NCBI GenBank assembly: GCA_951812955.1 | Contig: OX638340.1 | Span: 2,880,001 to 2,944,000 of the forward strand | Direction: 5' to 3' | DNA from: an uncultured Gemmatimonadota bacterium | GTDB taxonomy: Bacteria; JAAXHH01 | Length of the DNA: 64,000 nt | In this document: piece by piece, positions 49,681 to 59,854 of the stretch | Position numbering within the stretch: the first letter of the stretch is position 1 | Layout of the letters: each line of letters opens with the position of its first letter | Notes under the pieces: generated by a model | What the model was told of the DNA's origin: nothing | Databases searched by the model: none | Seen by the model: only the letters and a program-made list of their open reading frames with translations | Position numbers and translations under genes: made by a program

Positions 49681-50724
49681 ATGGCATCGGATCTGTTGCG
49701 CGTTGGCGTGATCGGATTGGGGTTCGGTCAATATCACATCCGTGGTTACCAGGCCTGTAACGGTGTGACGGTTGAGACGATCTGCAGCCGGACAACGGAA
49801 ACCGCGCAACGCGTGGCGAAGGACTACGGGATAGCCGAGACCCAGACGGATTACCGGGCGGTACTGGATCGCAAGGATATCGATGCCGTCAGTATCTGCA
49901 CGCCGGTGAACCTGCACAAGCAGATGGTCATCGAGGCCCTGGAATCCGGTAAACACGTCCTGTGCGAGAAACCGCTCGGGTTGAATACCGCGGAAGCCGG
50001 GGAAATGCTTGAAAGCGCGCGCCGGAGCGGCATGGTGCACATGACCAACTTCGGCTGGCGGTTCAATGGACCGGCCTTTCGCATGAAATCCCTGCTGGAC
50101 GAGGGTTACATCGGCAAGACCTACCATCTCAATGCCCGGTACATGATGGGTTACCGGGCAAGCCCCCGGAAGGAGCACAGCTGGCGTGAGCGGCGCATGG
50201 CGGCGGGACTCGGCGCCATGGGCGATCTCGGTGTACACCTGATCGATATGACACGGTGGTGGATCGGAGAATTCGAACGGGTATGTTCGCTGATGCACAC
50301 GCTCATCCCGGAACGTCCCGCGCCGGACTCATCCACCATGCGGGAGTCTGAACTGGAGGACGCCTGCGCTTTTATCTCACAGATGCAGGACGGGGTCCAG
50401 GCCGTTTTCCACGTGAGCCGTTGCGCCCTGAGCACGGACTACATCCACATAGATATCCACGGCAGCAATGGAGCCCTGCAGTTCCAGTTCCTGCGTGACA
50501 CCATGCAGGCCAGTCTGAAAGGCGGACAGGGCCTGCGAGGAAACATCCAGCCCCTGTCCGTGCCCGCCCGGAAGGGCGCGTTGTCTCCACAGCGACACTT
50601 TATCGACGCGATACGCTCCGGTGGGGAAGCCAATCCGAGTTTTCACGAAGGCTTCTGCGTGCAGCAGGTCGCTGACGCCATCACCGCTTCCGAGGAGAAA
50701 CAGGCATGGGTATCCCTCTTATGA
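49681..50724 (+). CDS. Gfo/Idh/MocA-family NAD(P)-dependent oxidoreductase
   Basis: LRVGVIGLGFGQ Rossmann start and the EKP motif (VLCEKPLG). Confidence 0.75.
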   Translation: MASDLLRVGVIGLGFGQYHIRGYQACNGVTVETICSRTTETAQRVAKDYGIAETQTDYRAVLDRKDIDAVSICTPVNLHKQMVIEALESGKHVLCEKPLGLNTAEAGEMLESARRSGMVHMTNFGWRFNGPAFRMKSLLDEGYIGKTYHLNARYMMGYRASPRKEHSWRERRMAAGLGAMGDLGVHLIDMTRWWIGEFERVCSLMHTLIPERPAPDSSTMRESELEDACAFISQMQDGVQAVFHVSRCALSTDYIHIDIHGSNGALQFQFLRDTMQASLKGGQGLRGNIQPLSVPARKGALSPQRHFIDAIRSGGEANPSFHEGFCVQQVADAITASEEKQAWVSLL

Positions 50725-51626
50725 CATCGCGCTGGACAGCATTTAGGCGTTTTTCATTACTGCCGGTCCTTCTGGTCCTGTGCTGGATCCCTGGCTGTGC
50801 CGATCCCGATTCGGATACGGATTCCGCCGGCGCGGCCCGGGATGAAGCGCGCGTGATTGCGGAAGAGGTGATGGAGGCCATGGGTGGATTGGACAGCTGG
50901 CATGCCACCCGGTATATAGGGTTTTCCTTTTTCGGGTTTCGCACCCACTACTGGGATAAGGACACCGGCCGGTACCGCGTATCCTGGACCGACCGGGAAA
51001 GCGGCCAGTCTCACATCATCCTGATGAACCTGCAAACGGGCGATGGGAGCGTGTACGTGGACGGGGCGGAAGTCACCGACCCCGGGGAGCGGAATGGGTT
51101 TCTGGAGCGCGCACGGGGCGCGTGGATCAACGATACGTACTGGCTGCTGATGCCGTACAAGCTGCAGGATCCGGGCGTGGACCTGGCCTACGCGGGCGAG
51201 GAAGTCGTCGACGGGATAGTCTATGATACGTTACATCTCAGGTTCGATGAGGTGGGTAATACGCCCGGCGACGAATACTGGGCCTATATCAACCGGGACA
51301 CGCGCCTGATGGACAGATGGGTCTATCTCCTGCAGTTGCGGGAGGGACAGGACGAGCGAAGTCGCGGCGAATGGAAGTGGAACGACTGGCGCAAGTACGG
51401 CAAAATCCTGCTGTCCGCCGAGCGCGAAAGGATGGACGGCCAGAAACGCTCCCACGAAGACGTGGCCGTGTACGAACATGTGGCGGATCGGGTATTCACG
51501 TCTCCGGATCCGGTCACTCCTGATATGGTACTGGAACGAACCGATCCGGGCGATCCGGGCGCTTCTGAAGCCTCAGGTGCTTCAGGAGATACCGCCGACA
51601 CCCGGCCCGCCGGACGGTCAGAATGA
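50706..51626 (+). CDS. hypothetical secreted protein / putative lipoprotein
   Basis: Signal peptide with a Cys (LLVLCWIPGC). No recognisable family. Acidic C-terminal tail. Confidence 0.35.
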   Translation: MGIPLMTSRWTAFRRFSLLPVLLVLCWIPGCADPDSDTDSAGAARDEARVIAEEVMEAMGGLDSWHATRYIGFSFFGFRTHYWDKDTGRYRVSWTDRESGQSHIILMNLQTGDGSVYVDGAEVTDPGERNGFLERARGAWINDTYWLLMPYKLQDPGVDLAYAGEEVVDGIVYDTLHLRFDEVGNTPGDEYWAYINRDTRLMDRWVYLLQLREGQDERSRGEWKWNDWRKYGKILLSAERERMDGQKRSHEDVAVYEHVADRVFTSPDPVTPDMVLERTDPGDPGASEASGASGDTADTRPAGRSE

Positions 51627-51635
51627 TGGAGCCTT

Positions 51636-51981
51636 CATGTCCACTGTCCCTCCCGCGCCCGAACACGTGGCCCTCGACCATCCGGAGAAGGGCGCACTGA
51701 CCGTCTTCTGGAATGACGGCAGCGCGAGACAGTATGCGCTGGCCGATCTTCGAAAAGCCTGTCCCTGCGCCACCTGCCGAGATCTGCGCGATCAGTTGTC
51801 CTCCACTGGCGGGTTGACCCTGCTCGCCAACGAATCCCTGGATCCGAGCGTCGAGGTGATCGACATGAGTACCGTGGGCCGGTATGCGCTTCAGTTCACC
51901 TGGAAGGACGGTCACAATACCGGTATCTATACCTACGAGTTTCTCTATGGCGAAGGGCAGGATCTCGAAGCGCCGAGTTGA
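51636..51981 (+). CDS. DUF971-family small protein
   Basis: About 115 aa. Conserved CxCAxC motif (CPCATCRD) plus W/Y-rich blocks typical of DUF971. Confidence 0.45.
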
Positions 51982-52051
51982 TGCCATGGATATGGATCCT
52001 TCCGTGTCTTGAAGCGCACGGAGGTCTATGGTCCGTGAAAGGTGGGATGTC

Positions 52052-53140
52052 ATGAAGGTCAAGGTTGGATTCCTGGGCGTTACCCATCCCCACTCCGGCC
52101 CCCATTTTCGCACCCTGGAGTTGTTGGACGGCGTGTCGGGAATCGTGGCATGGGACGAGGACGAAAATGCCCTGGGTACGTTGAAAAGCGAGGATCATGC
52201 CAAGCTGGAATCCACGGCGGCCACGTTCGATCAGATTATGGAACGGGAAGACATCCCCGTCGTCGTCTCGCTGGCGGCGAACGACCGTAATCCCGACTGG
52301 ATAATCCGGGCGGCAAGGGCGGGAAAGCACATACTTACCGAGAAACCGGTGGCGGCGAGCAGCCGTGACATGGCGCCAGCGCTCGATGCGGTGCGCAGCG
52401 CCGGCGTACACCTGGGGGTATACTACACCTGGCGGTCCAATCCCATTGTAAACGATATCCGTACGTTGATCGATGAGGGCGTTATTGGAAAGCTGATATC
52501 GGTCGAAGGGCGGATGGTCACTTCCCAGGTCCGATTCCGCGATCCCTCGCACTGGCTTTTCAAAAAAGGGATTTCGGGCGGCGGCATCCTGAGCTGGCTG
52601 GCCTGTCACTGGATCGACGCGATCCGGTACATTACCCGGAACGAAGTAGCGGCAGTCTCCGCCATGGTCGATACATTGAACGGACAGGCCATCGACGTCG
52701 AGGACACGGCCGGGATGATTATGCGTCTGGAAGGCGGCGCGATTGCCACGCTTCACGCGGGGTACCTCCTGCCGATCAGCACAGCCGGATACCTGTCCGG
52801 CAGCTACGACACCTACCTGAGTTTCAGGGGTCTCGAGGGCAATGTAACCTGGTATCCCACAGAGGAGGATCGACCGGTCGTCGTCGAGAGTACTTCGGGT
52901 GCCTGGAAAACGACCCCCCGCCGGGAGTTCAAGTACGTCATCGCGGAGACGGGCGCATACGGCGGCCAGTACGGACAGGATTTTGTCGACCGGTTCATCT
53001 CATCGGCCACTGGGGGAGATCCCCCGTCCGATGATGGGGAGAACGCCCTGCGCGTACTGCGGATCATAGAAGCCGCTTACCGGTCCAGCGAAACAGGACG
53101 CATGGTTTCCCTGGACCAGGACCGGTCCGGGGAGGATTAA
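52052..53140 (+). CDS. Gfo/Idh/MocA-family oxidoreductase
   Basis: MKVKVGFLGV Rossmann N-terminus and EKP motif (ILTEKPVA). Confidence 0.75.
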   Translation: MKVKVGFLGVTHPHSGPHFRTLELLDGVSGIVAWDEDENALGTLKSEDHAKLESTAATFDQIMEREDIPVVVSLAANDRNPDWIIRAARAGKHILTEKPVAASSRDMAPALDAVRSAGVHLGVYYTWRSNPIVNDIRTLIDEGVIGKLISVEGRMVTSQVRFRDPSHWLFKKGISGGGILSWLACHWIDAIRYITRNEVAAVSAMVDTLNGQAIDVEDTAGMIMRLEGGAIATLHAGYLLPISTAGYLSGSYDTYLSFRGLEGNVTWYPTEEDRPVVVESTSGAWKTTPRREFKYVIAETGAYGGQYGQDFVDRFISSATGGDPPSDDGENALRVLRIIEAAYRSSETGRMVSLDQDRSGED

Positions 53141-53146
53141 GCGCCC

Positions 53147-53974
53147 ATGGATTCAATGAGTGGCAAGATCGTGGTGGTTACCGGCGCATCGACCGGTATC
53201 GGGCAGGCGGCGGCCGAGGCCTTTGCCCGCGATGGCGCAACGGTCGTCCTTGCGGCCCGTTCCGAAGGGAGGCTGGTCCGGATCGCCGCGGATATAGAGA
53301 ATGCGGGTGGGCGGGCGGTTCCCATGGCCGTGGACGTCACGGATCGGACCGCCGTGTTCGAAAAGATGAAAGAGGTCGCGGAAACCCTCGGAAGTATAGA
53401 CGTGCTGGTCAATAATGCGGGAATCGGCCTGCTGAGCCCGGTGGAGGGTATGGATCCGGAGGAACTGAAACGAATCTTCGAGGTGAATTTCTTCGGCCTG
53501 ATCTGGTGCACGCAGGCGGCGCTGCCCTACATGATCAGGCAGAAACGCGGCAGGATCGTCAACATCTCATCCGTCGCGGGCAAGCGGGCGCTGCCCCACA
53601 TATCTGCCTACTGTGCCAGTAAATTCGCCCTGCAGGCTTTCTCGGACAGCCTGCGCATGGAAACGGCCGAACATGGGATCACCGTTACGGTCGTGTGCCC
53701 GCCCCGGGTCGACACGACCTTCCACGACACGCCCCTGATGAGACAGAAGGGACAGCGGATGAGCGCTCCCTCGATCTCCGCCGAATATGTGGCGGCGGAG
53801 ATTGTACGTGCTACCCGCAAAGGAAGCCGGGAAGTCGTGGTATCCTTCTACGGCAAGTTCTTCGTATTCTTCCACTGGCTTTCGCCCCGCCTGCTGGACT
53901 TCATCATGAAACGTCTCTGGATGCGGCTTGCCATGAAAAAGACCAAAAAGGCGGGTACGGAAGACCAGGGATGA
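53147..53974 (+). CDS. SDR-family short-chain dehydrogenase/reductase
   Basis: TGASTGIG cofactor motif, NNAG, and the catalytic YxxxK (YCASK). Confidence 0.85.
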   Translation: MDSMSGKIVVVTGASTGIGQAAAEAFARDGATVVLAARSEGRLVRIAADIENAGGRAVPMAVDVTDRTAVFEKMKEVAETLGSIDVLVNNAGIGLLSPVEGMDPEELKRIFEVNFFGLIWCTQAALPYMIRQKRGRIVNISSVAGKRALPHISAYCASKFALQAFSDSLRMETAEHGITVTVVCPPRVDTTFHDTPLMRQKGQRMSAPSISAEYVAAEIVRATRKGSREVVVSFYGKFFVFFHWLSPRLLDFIMKRLWMRLAMKKTKKAGTEDQG

Positions 53975-53986
53975 AGCCTGTTCCGG

Positions 53987-55408
53987 CTACCCGTTCACCG
54001 ATTTTGATATCTCCGCGACTGCGCCGAGGATCTTGTCCACCTCGGCCGCCGTGACCATGATATGCATCGAGGCGCGGTTGGCGTCCCAGTTTACCGCCAT
54101 GTGGGTCACGCTGCGGATGTAGATATTGTAATCTTCCCACAGTTTCGTATTCAGGTCCCGCGTGGGCACGCCCTTGATCCGGAAGGGAACCAGTCCCGCG
54201 TGCAGCCTCGGATCCTCGGAAGCGAATACCTCGACCCCGTCGATATTGCGGAGCCCGTTGGCCAGTTTGGTGGCCAGGTAGCGGATACGGGCCTCGATCC
54301 CCTCGGGGGTCAGGTGGTTGTGGAAGTCGAGCGCCGCGTTTACGGACACCCATTTCGGATAGCTGCTCGAACCCCGGCGTGTATACTTGCCCGCCGAAGC
54401 CATCCGCTCGAGAAAGCGCTCGTTCGTGGAGAGATCATTTCCGTACATGTCCTTGCCTGCGTAAGGCGTGGTCGAGATGACCGGCTCGATCCGGTCGAAC
54501 ATGTCCTCTTTAACGTAGAAGAAGCCGGACTGCATGGAGGCCAGCATCCACTTGTGCGACGGACCGGCGTACATGTCGCATCCCAGGTCGTGCATGTCGA
54601 GCTTGACCATGCCCGGCGGCTGCGCGCCGTCGACCAGCGTGATGACTCCCCTGGACCTGGCCATCTCGCAGATCTCCTTGACCGGCATGAACAACCCGTC
54701 CGTGTAATTCGTGTGGCAGAAGCTGAGCAATTTGGTCTTCGGCGTGATCGCGGCTTCGAAGGCCTTCAGAAGCTCGTCCGGAGAGTCCGGCGGATGAAGC
54801 TTCGGGTCCGACAGGTCGATGATCCCAACGTTCAGCTTGTCCCGGTGCGCGCGATTCAGCACGGGATTGGTTCCCGCGCCATGGTCGTGGTTGGTGTAGA
54901 GAATCTCGTCGCCGGGTTCGAGGACGGGGCCGAAAGTACCCGTGATCATTCCGTCCGTCGTGTTGTTCGCCAGGGCGAGTTCGTTGGGATTGCATCCAAC
55001 GTAATTTGCGAACTTGGCATAGAATGCGTCGGCGAATTCCTCGGTATAGAAATCCCTTCTGAAACTCACGTAATCATTGTTTATGCGGTTCAGCGCGTCG
55101 ATCTGCGCCATGTGTACGCTGCGTGGAGATGGTCCCCGGGTCCCGGTGTTCATGTACGCGATATCGGGGCGGATCAGGAACTGCTTGGTCACCAGTTTCC
55201 AGAATTTCTCGTCATCCGGTGCGGCGGCAGCGCCCATGTCGTTCATGGCTTCCGCGCCATGGGCCGGTTTCGTACCCAGCGAAAGAAGGGCGGAACCTGC
55301 CAGCGCACCGCCGAGAAAGCGTCCCAGAAAACCTCTGCGGCTTAGTGCCGCCAGTTCCTTGGGATTTTCGAATCTTGGATCGAAGTTGAAATCGGGCGAG
55401 GAGTACAT
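53987..55408 (-). CDS. class V PLP aminotransferase-fold enzyme with twin-arginine signal
   Basis: SRRGFLGRFLGGALAGSALLSLG Tat motif. Class-V fold blocks (TLVDGAQ, SHKWM). GGAGGT RBS precedes MYSSPDF. Confidence 0.7.
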   Translation of the reverse strand: MYSSPDFNFDPRFENPKELAALSRRGFLGRFLGGALAGSALLSLGTKPAHGAEAMNDMGAAAAPDDEKFWKLVTKQFLIRPDIAYMNTGTRGPSPRSVHMAQIDALNRINNDYVSFRRDFYTEEFADAFYAKFANYVGCNPNELALANNTTDGMITGTFGPVLEPGDEILYTNHDHGAGTNPVLNRAHRDKLNVGIIDLSDPKLHPPDSPDELLKAFEAAITPKTKLLSFCHTNYTDGLFMPVKEICEMARSRGVITLVDGAQPPGMVKLDMHDLGCDMYAGPSHKWMLASMQSGFFYVKEDMFDRIEPVISTTPYAGKDMYGNDLSTNERFLERMASAGKYTRRGSSSYPKWVSVNAALDFHNHLTPEGIEARIRYLATKLANGLRNIDGVEVFASEDPRLHAGLVPFRIKGVPTRDLNTKLWEDYNIYIRSVTHMAVNWDANRASMHIMVTAAEVDKILGAVAEISKSVNG

Positions 55409-55579
55409 GGGAGTACCTCCGGTTCGGCAGCCTGTCACCGGGCAAGTGTACCACGGCACAGGTCGTGTGACCGCATCCGGTCGAAGTGGCTGTGATGCGA
55501 TGGGGAATGGTTACTTGAAAATATGTGCCATTGGGCGATTCGGGTCAACCTGTATTTAGCCAGAAGCCCAAGAATTCAC

Positions 55580-55608
55580 TTGACAAACCACCCCTTTTCC
55601 GTATATTT
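55580..55608 (+). promoter_or_regulatory. sigma70-like promoter of cspA (TTGACA-N16/17-TATATT); predicts a 5'UTR of about 140 nt
   Basis: Hexamers seen directly in the sequence. A long 5'UTR is typical of cold-shock genes. Confidence 0.4.
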
Positions 55609-55754
55609 GCCACGAAGGTCCATATCTCTTCAATCTCTCCCCGACAATCCATGCGCAACCGCGAACCAGAGTATCTCGCCGACTTTGTCGGTGCCGTGTA
55701 TTCATTTGGATCGTCAGGGAAACCATTTCTTCCTAGAAGGGTAGGAGTGTCAGT

Positions 55755-55961
55755 ATGGAACGCGGCACGGTAAAGTGGTTTAACGAACGCAAGGGGTTCG
55801 GATTCATCGCGCGCGACGACGGAGACGACGTGTTCGTCCACTACTCGGCGATTGTCGCTCAGGGATTCAAGACGCTGAACGAAGGCGATGAAGTCACCTT
55901 CGAGATCACGGAAGGTCCCAAGGGACTCCAGGCCGCAAATGTAACCAAGGTGTCCAGTTAG
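55755..55961 (+). CDS. cspA: cold-shock protein (CspA family)
   Basis: [18 protein letters not shown]...[11 protein letters not shown] motifs; 68 aa. Confidence 0.9.
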   Translation: MERGTVKWFNERKGFGFIARDDGDDVFVHYSAIVAQGFKTLNEGDEVTFEITEGPKGLQAANVTKVSS

Positions 55962-55992
55962 AGGACACCTTCCATAGTGCAGAACAGATCAG

Positions 55993-56038
55993 ATAGCCCG
56001 TGGGCCGATTGACACCGTCTCACGGGCTATTTTGTTTC
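55993..56038 (+). terminator. intrinsic terminator (10-bp stem ATAGCCCGTG/CACGGGCTAT plus UUUUGUUU)
   Basis: Located immediately downstream of cspA. Confidence 0.65.
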
Positions 56039-56129
56039 AAATACCGCAACCGCGACTGCAGACATCAGCATCCCGTCCGCGGCAGGCATCAGGAGCCGCC
56101 CGAATGTCGGGTGATAAGGAGTTCATCAA

Positions 56130-57032
56130 ATGCCCGGCGAAATCACGCCCTTACCGTTGACCGGTTTCTCTACGTCCTGCTTCGAGTTCCACTTCCCCCG
56201 CCTCAGCATTGGCATTGCCGAATACGACGAAGGCCCAACGGGATGTACGGTATTCATTTTCGACCAGGGCGCCGTCACCGCCGTCGACATACGGGGAGGC
56301 ATGCCCGGTGTCGTCGAATCTGAGTACCGGTTCCACCACGCCATTTGTTTCGCTGGCGGGTCGTTGCACGGACTTGAAGCTGTTTCCGGTGTGCGGTCCG
56401 TCCTGACCGCCAAAGAAACCCCCAGTAATCCACCACCGCTGCCCCTGGTCGCTGGCGCGATCATTTTCGACTGGTTTAAACGAAAGGGCTTCATCTACCC
56501 GGACAAGGCGCTCGGCGCGGCCGCTGCGGAAGCGGCGTCCAAGGGTCGTTTCTACAATGGCCGTCGCGGCGCGGGACGCTGGGCGGGCGTGGGGCAGGGC
56601 GGCGCATACAGGGAGATCGGACCGACGAAGATTGCCGTTTTCACCGTGGTGAACGCTCTGGGCGATATCGTCGACCGAGATGGCCGGGTGCGTACACGGG
56701 ATCACATCCATCCCTGTGAAAAACTCGAGGCCCGTCTCGCCAGGGGAGGGAGGTCATCAGCCGACCAGGTGGGACAACACACTACCCTGACGCTCGTCGT
56801 GACCAACCAGAAATGGGATCACGGCGAACTGAGCCAGATCGGAAGACAGGTTCACGCCTCCATGGCCCGCGCGATCCAACCCTTCCACACGATGCGGGAC
56901 GGGGACGTACTCTTTACGGCTACGACCGGCGAAGTGGAGAACAAGCGACTCAAGAGCTCGATGGACTTCGGGATGATCGCCTCGGAACTGGCGTGGGATG
57001 CCGTGCTAAACAGCCTGGGGGAAGAGGACTGA
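56130..57032 (+). CDS. P1-family peptidase (DmpA/S58-like aminopeptidase/amidase)
   Basis: About 300 aa with DmpA-like blocks (GCTVFIFD, GGSLHGLEAVSG, TLTLVVTNQ). Confidence 0.65.
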   Translation: MPGEITPLPLTGFSTSCFEFHFPRLSIGIAEYDEGPTGCTVFIFDQGAVTAVDIRGGMPGVVESEYRFHHAICFAGGSLHGLEAVSGVRSVLTAKETPSNPPPLPLVAGAIIFDWFKRKGFIYPDKALGAAAAEAASKGRFYNGRRGAGRWAGVGQGGAYREIGPTKIAVFTVVNALGDIVDRDGRVRTRDHIHPCEKLEARLARGGRSSADQVGQHTTLTLVVTNQKWDHGELSQIGRQVHASMARAIQPFHTMRDGDVLFTATTGEVENKRLKSSMDFGMIASELAWDAVLNSLGEED

Positions 57033-57075
57033 AGGGACGAGGGCGCCGGGATTGAAGATCAGGTCAAGCCGCTTT

Positions 57076-57165
57076 GGAGCGGACGCCGCTGGCACGGATC
57101 GAATCGGAGCGGACGCCGTTGACAAGGCTCCAATCGGGGCGACCGCCGCTGACAAGGCTCGAAAT
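57076..57165. repeat. three contiguous ~30-bp imperfect direct repeats (GGAGCGGACGCCGyTGrCAmGGmTCsAATc)
   Basis: Seen directly in the intergenic region between convergent genes. No spacers are present. Confidence 0.6.
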
Positions 57166-57179
57166 TGACAACGCCTGGA

Positions 57180-59717
57180 TTACCGCGCGAGGTTTTCGTA
57201 GACCGCTTGCGCTTCACGGAACTGGCCGATCACGTGGTCTATCTCTTCCTGTGAGCGCCAGCCCGGGTGCGCTTCGGCCATTTCGATGAGCCGGTCGATC
57301 CACCGGACGAAATACCCGGCGGATTCCCGGTTGCGGATCGGATCATCTCCCACGTAGATCCGTATGGGTTGTGTCGTGGCCAGCGGAAAACGGTCGTCGA
57401 TGGGGTGGGTCCAGGGGGCACCTTCTGCCTGGAAGGTGTACCATCCGCTCTCACGAACCGTCCACTCTTCCTCGAAGACCGCACGCTTTCCGTCTTCGGC
57501 CAGGGGTATTTCCTTCACAATCTGCCCATTCCTGTAGACCAATACCTTCTCGAGCGGGACGATGCTGTGCATTTCGCCGGCGAGCGAGATCGCACCGCCC
57601 TCTTCAGGTAGATGGATGGTCTCGCCGGGTCCCATGCCGTTGATGGTAAACCCCAGGAGCGGTCCGTTGGTGGCAAAAGTCCGACCGGCCTTCAGTCCCG
57701 CCAGCCAGGCGTCCCAGGACAGGGATTCGTCGCCCAGGTGGACATAGGACCGGACCTGTCCCACGATTGCGGTCCGGTACATGCTGCTGATCGAATCCTC
57801 ACCGCCGGTCAGGACGATGTTGAAGTCGTTGTTGAGCAAATGGTGCCATACGCTGAGGACGGCATGGCCGGCCCCGGAGATCTCGAGTGCTTCCACGGTT
57901 CCCAGTGCCGCGTCGACGGGAAAAGCCTTGGCGCCGCCCAGCGTCGGGTTGTCTCCCCCCAGCGGATCCGCATCGCCGAAAAAGGGATGGACGTATCCGC
58001 GGAAGGCGCCCTGTTCTCCGGCCAGCCGCAACATGTCCGTGTTCGATGGGTAGAGGCTGTGTATTGCGGTTCCCTCGTAGCCGGACGCAAAGGGCGACAG
58101 CAGAAAGTCCGAAAGGTCGATGAAGTAGACGTGACCGTGAAAGGCCGGCCGGTATTCCTCGCCCACGTGCAGGATGCGGTCCGGCGTGGACAGGGCGTCC
58201 GGCCTGCCCGTGAAAAACTGGTAGTCCAGCACGCGGTTGTCCTTGTTTGCCACGAGTTCGTTGACCACGGCCTGATCTTCCGCGTCCGACATGTGCATCA
58301 GGTTCTCCAGGGTGTTATGCAGGTCGCCTGCGTAGTTCATATGCACGTGGGTGCTGCCGCTGTACCAGCCCCTGGAGGGCATGTCCACCATGCGTGAGAG
58401 CGTAAGGGCAACAGCGGTGGTCTTGCCTTCCTCGATCTCTACTGTAGTGCTCACGGGATGATATTCAAAGCCCCGCATGGCTTCCACCGTCAAGGGTCCG
58501 GACGGAACATCGAGGACGAACGAACCGGCACCATGAAAGAAATGCTCGCGGAGACGGCCGACGCGGTGGTAGGCGCCCTCCGGGGCATAGGATTTCCCGT
58601 CTTCGGCTTTTACATAGACACGGGCCGCGGTCGGCTTTCCCGTTTCACCGTCCAGCACGGTGACCGCAGCGCGACCGTGGGAACCGCGCCAGCGCTTTTC
58701 GTTGATCTTGACGTCAGTCAGTCTGCCTCCGACGGTTTCCATGACTCGCATCACGGGCAAACCGGGTTGATTTGAGATAAAGGCGATTTTGGAACCGTCC
58801 GGCGACCAGCGGGGGTAGAAGTCGTCCCATTCGCCGAAGGTGATTTTATATGGGTGCCCCCCGTCTGCCGGCAGGAGGTAGAGTTTCGTGTACTGGCCGC
58901 CGCTGTGGGAGGCATAGACAAAGCGTGAGCCGTCCGGAGACCAGTGCGGACGCGTCCGGTACAGGGTCTGTTCTTCGTGGACGATCCAAGCTTTGTCGAT
59001 ACCGTCCGGTTCGACCGGCATGCGCCATACGGCACCCGATCCAAGTGGGATGCCCCGGTTGCTGACGAACATGAGTTCCTTGCCGTCGGGCGACCAGTGC
59101 GGTTCGATGTGCAGGTCGTACGCGCCGAAATACAGGCGGCGCTTACCGTAGTCATTGTCCCGCGTCAGCTGAATCGGATCTCCGGAGGCGAGGCCGTCTT
59201 TCATGTCCTGAACGAAGATGTTGAAATAGCCGCCGGGTTCCGTGGACACGTAGGCCAGCCTGGAGCCATCGGGCGACCACGCAGGGTCGAGATACAGGTG
59301 GTCTCCGGTAGTCAGCGGCGTGGATGCTCCCGTTTCCACGTCCAGGACCATGAGATCGATCGTCCTGTTGTCGGTTTCAGCCGTGTATACGATCCACCTG
59401 CCGTTGGGCGACCAGGCCGGCGAGGAATCGTAGGTTTCGTTATCGGTAAGTTCGTATGCGATGTTTTCGCCCAGCCCGATACGCCATATGGAACCGTGCA
59501 GGCCAAAGGCCAGTTCGTTTCCTTCGGGCGACCACGCCGGCCGCCGGGGCGTAGTCGTCGAGGGCGGCGGCAGGTAGAAGTTGTGCATGTAGTTGCCGCC
59601 GGTCAGGGCGGCCTGGTACGCCGTGGGAGGGGGTTGCTGGGACACCGAGCGATCTGTCGCCGCCAGGCAGCAGAAGGCCAGCACCAGTCGCAGGGAACCG
59701 GGTAGTCTCGTCATCAT
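57180..59717 (-). CDS. secreted PD40/TolB-like beta-propeller fused to a metal-dependent hydrolase domain
   Basis: Signal peptide. Multiple PD40 repeats (SPAWSPDGSRLAYVS ...). The C-terminal half has a GSTHVHMNYAGD metal-binding start resembling amidohydrolase/PHP-type hydrolases. Confidence 0.55.
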   Translation of the reverse strand: MMTRLPGSLRLVLAFCCLAATDRSVSQQPPPTAYQAALTGGNYMHNFYLPPPSTTTPRRPAWSPEGNELAFGLHGSIWRIGLGENIAYELTDNETYDSSPAWSPNGRWIVYTAETDNRTIDLMVLDVETGASTPLTTGDHLYLDPAWSPDGSRLAYVSTEPGGYFNIFVQDMKDGLASGDPIQLTRDNDYGKRRLYFGAYDLHIEPHWSPDGKELMFVSNRGIPLGSGAVWRMPVEPDGIDKAWIVHEEQTLYRTRPHWSPDGSRFVYASHSGGQYTKLYLLPADGGHPYKITFGEWDDFYPRWSPDGSKIAFISNQPGLPVMRVMETVGGRLTDVKINEKRWRGSHGRAAVTVLDGETGKPTAARVYVKAEDGKSYAPEGAYHRVGRLREHFFHGAGSFVLDVPSGPLTVEAMRGFEYHPVSTTVEIEEGKTTAVALTLSRMVDMPSRGWYSGSTHVHMNYAGDLHNTLENLMHMSDAEDQAVVNELVANKDNRVLDYQFFTGRPDALSTPDRILHVGEEYRPAFHGHVYFIDLSDFLLSPFASGYEGTAIHSLYPSNTDMLRLAGEQGAFRGYVHPFFGDADPLGGDNPTLGGAKAFPVDAALGTVEALEISGAGHAVLSVWHHLLNNDFNIVLTGGEDSISSMYRTAIVGQVRSYVHLGDESLSWDAWLAGLKAGRTFATNGPLLGFTINGMGPGETIHLPEEGGAISLAGEMHSIVPLEKVLVYRNGQIVKEIPLAEDGKRAVFEEEWTVRESGWYTFQAEGAPWTHPIDDRFPLATTQPIRIYVGDDPIRNRESAGYFVRWIDRLIEMAEAHPGWRSQEEIDHVIGQFREAQAVYENLAR

Positions 59718-59854
59718 GTCACTCCGCGGTTATGTAGATGGCTTTCCATTCAAGTCCGCTCTTATGGGATGGGCAGCGAACGGTGGAATATTGAGGCTTT
59801 CGTACGCGAACCGCGTATCCATGTTGGACTTGCGGGTGGGACCTACGCCACGAA

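Noticed and set aside
57076-57165. 30-bp repeats considered as a CRISPR array
   Set aside because: Only three abutting imperfect units with no spacers and no cas genes.
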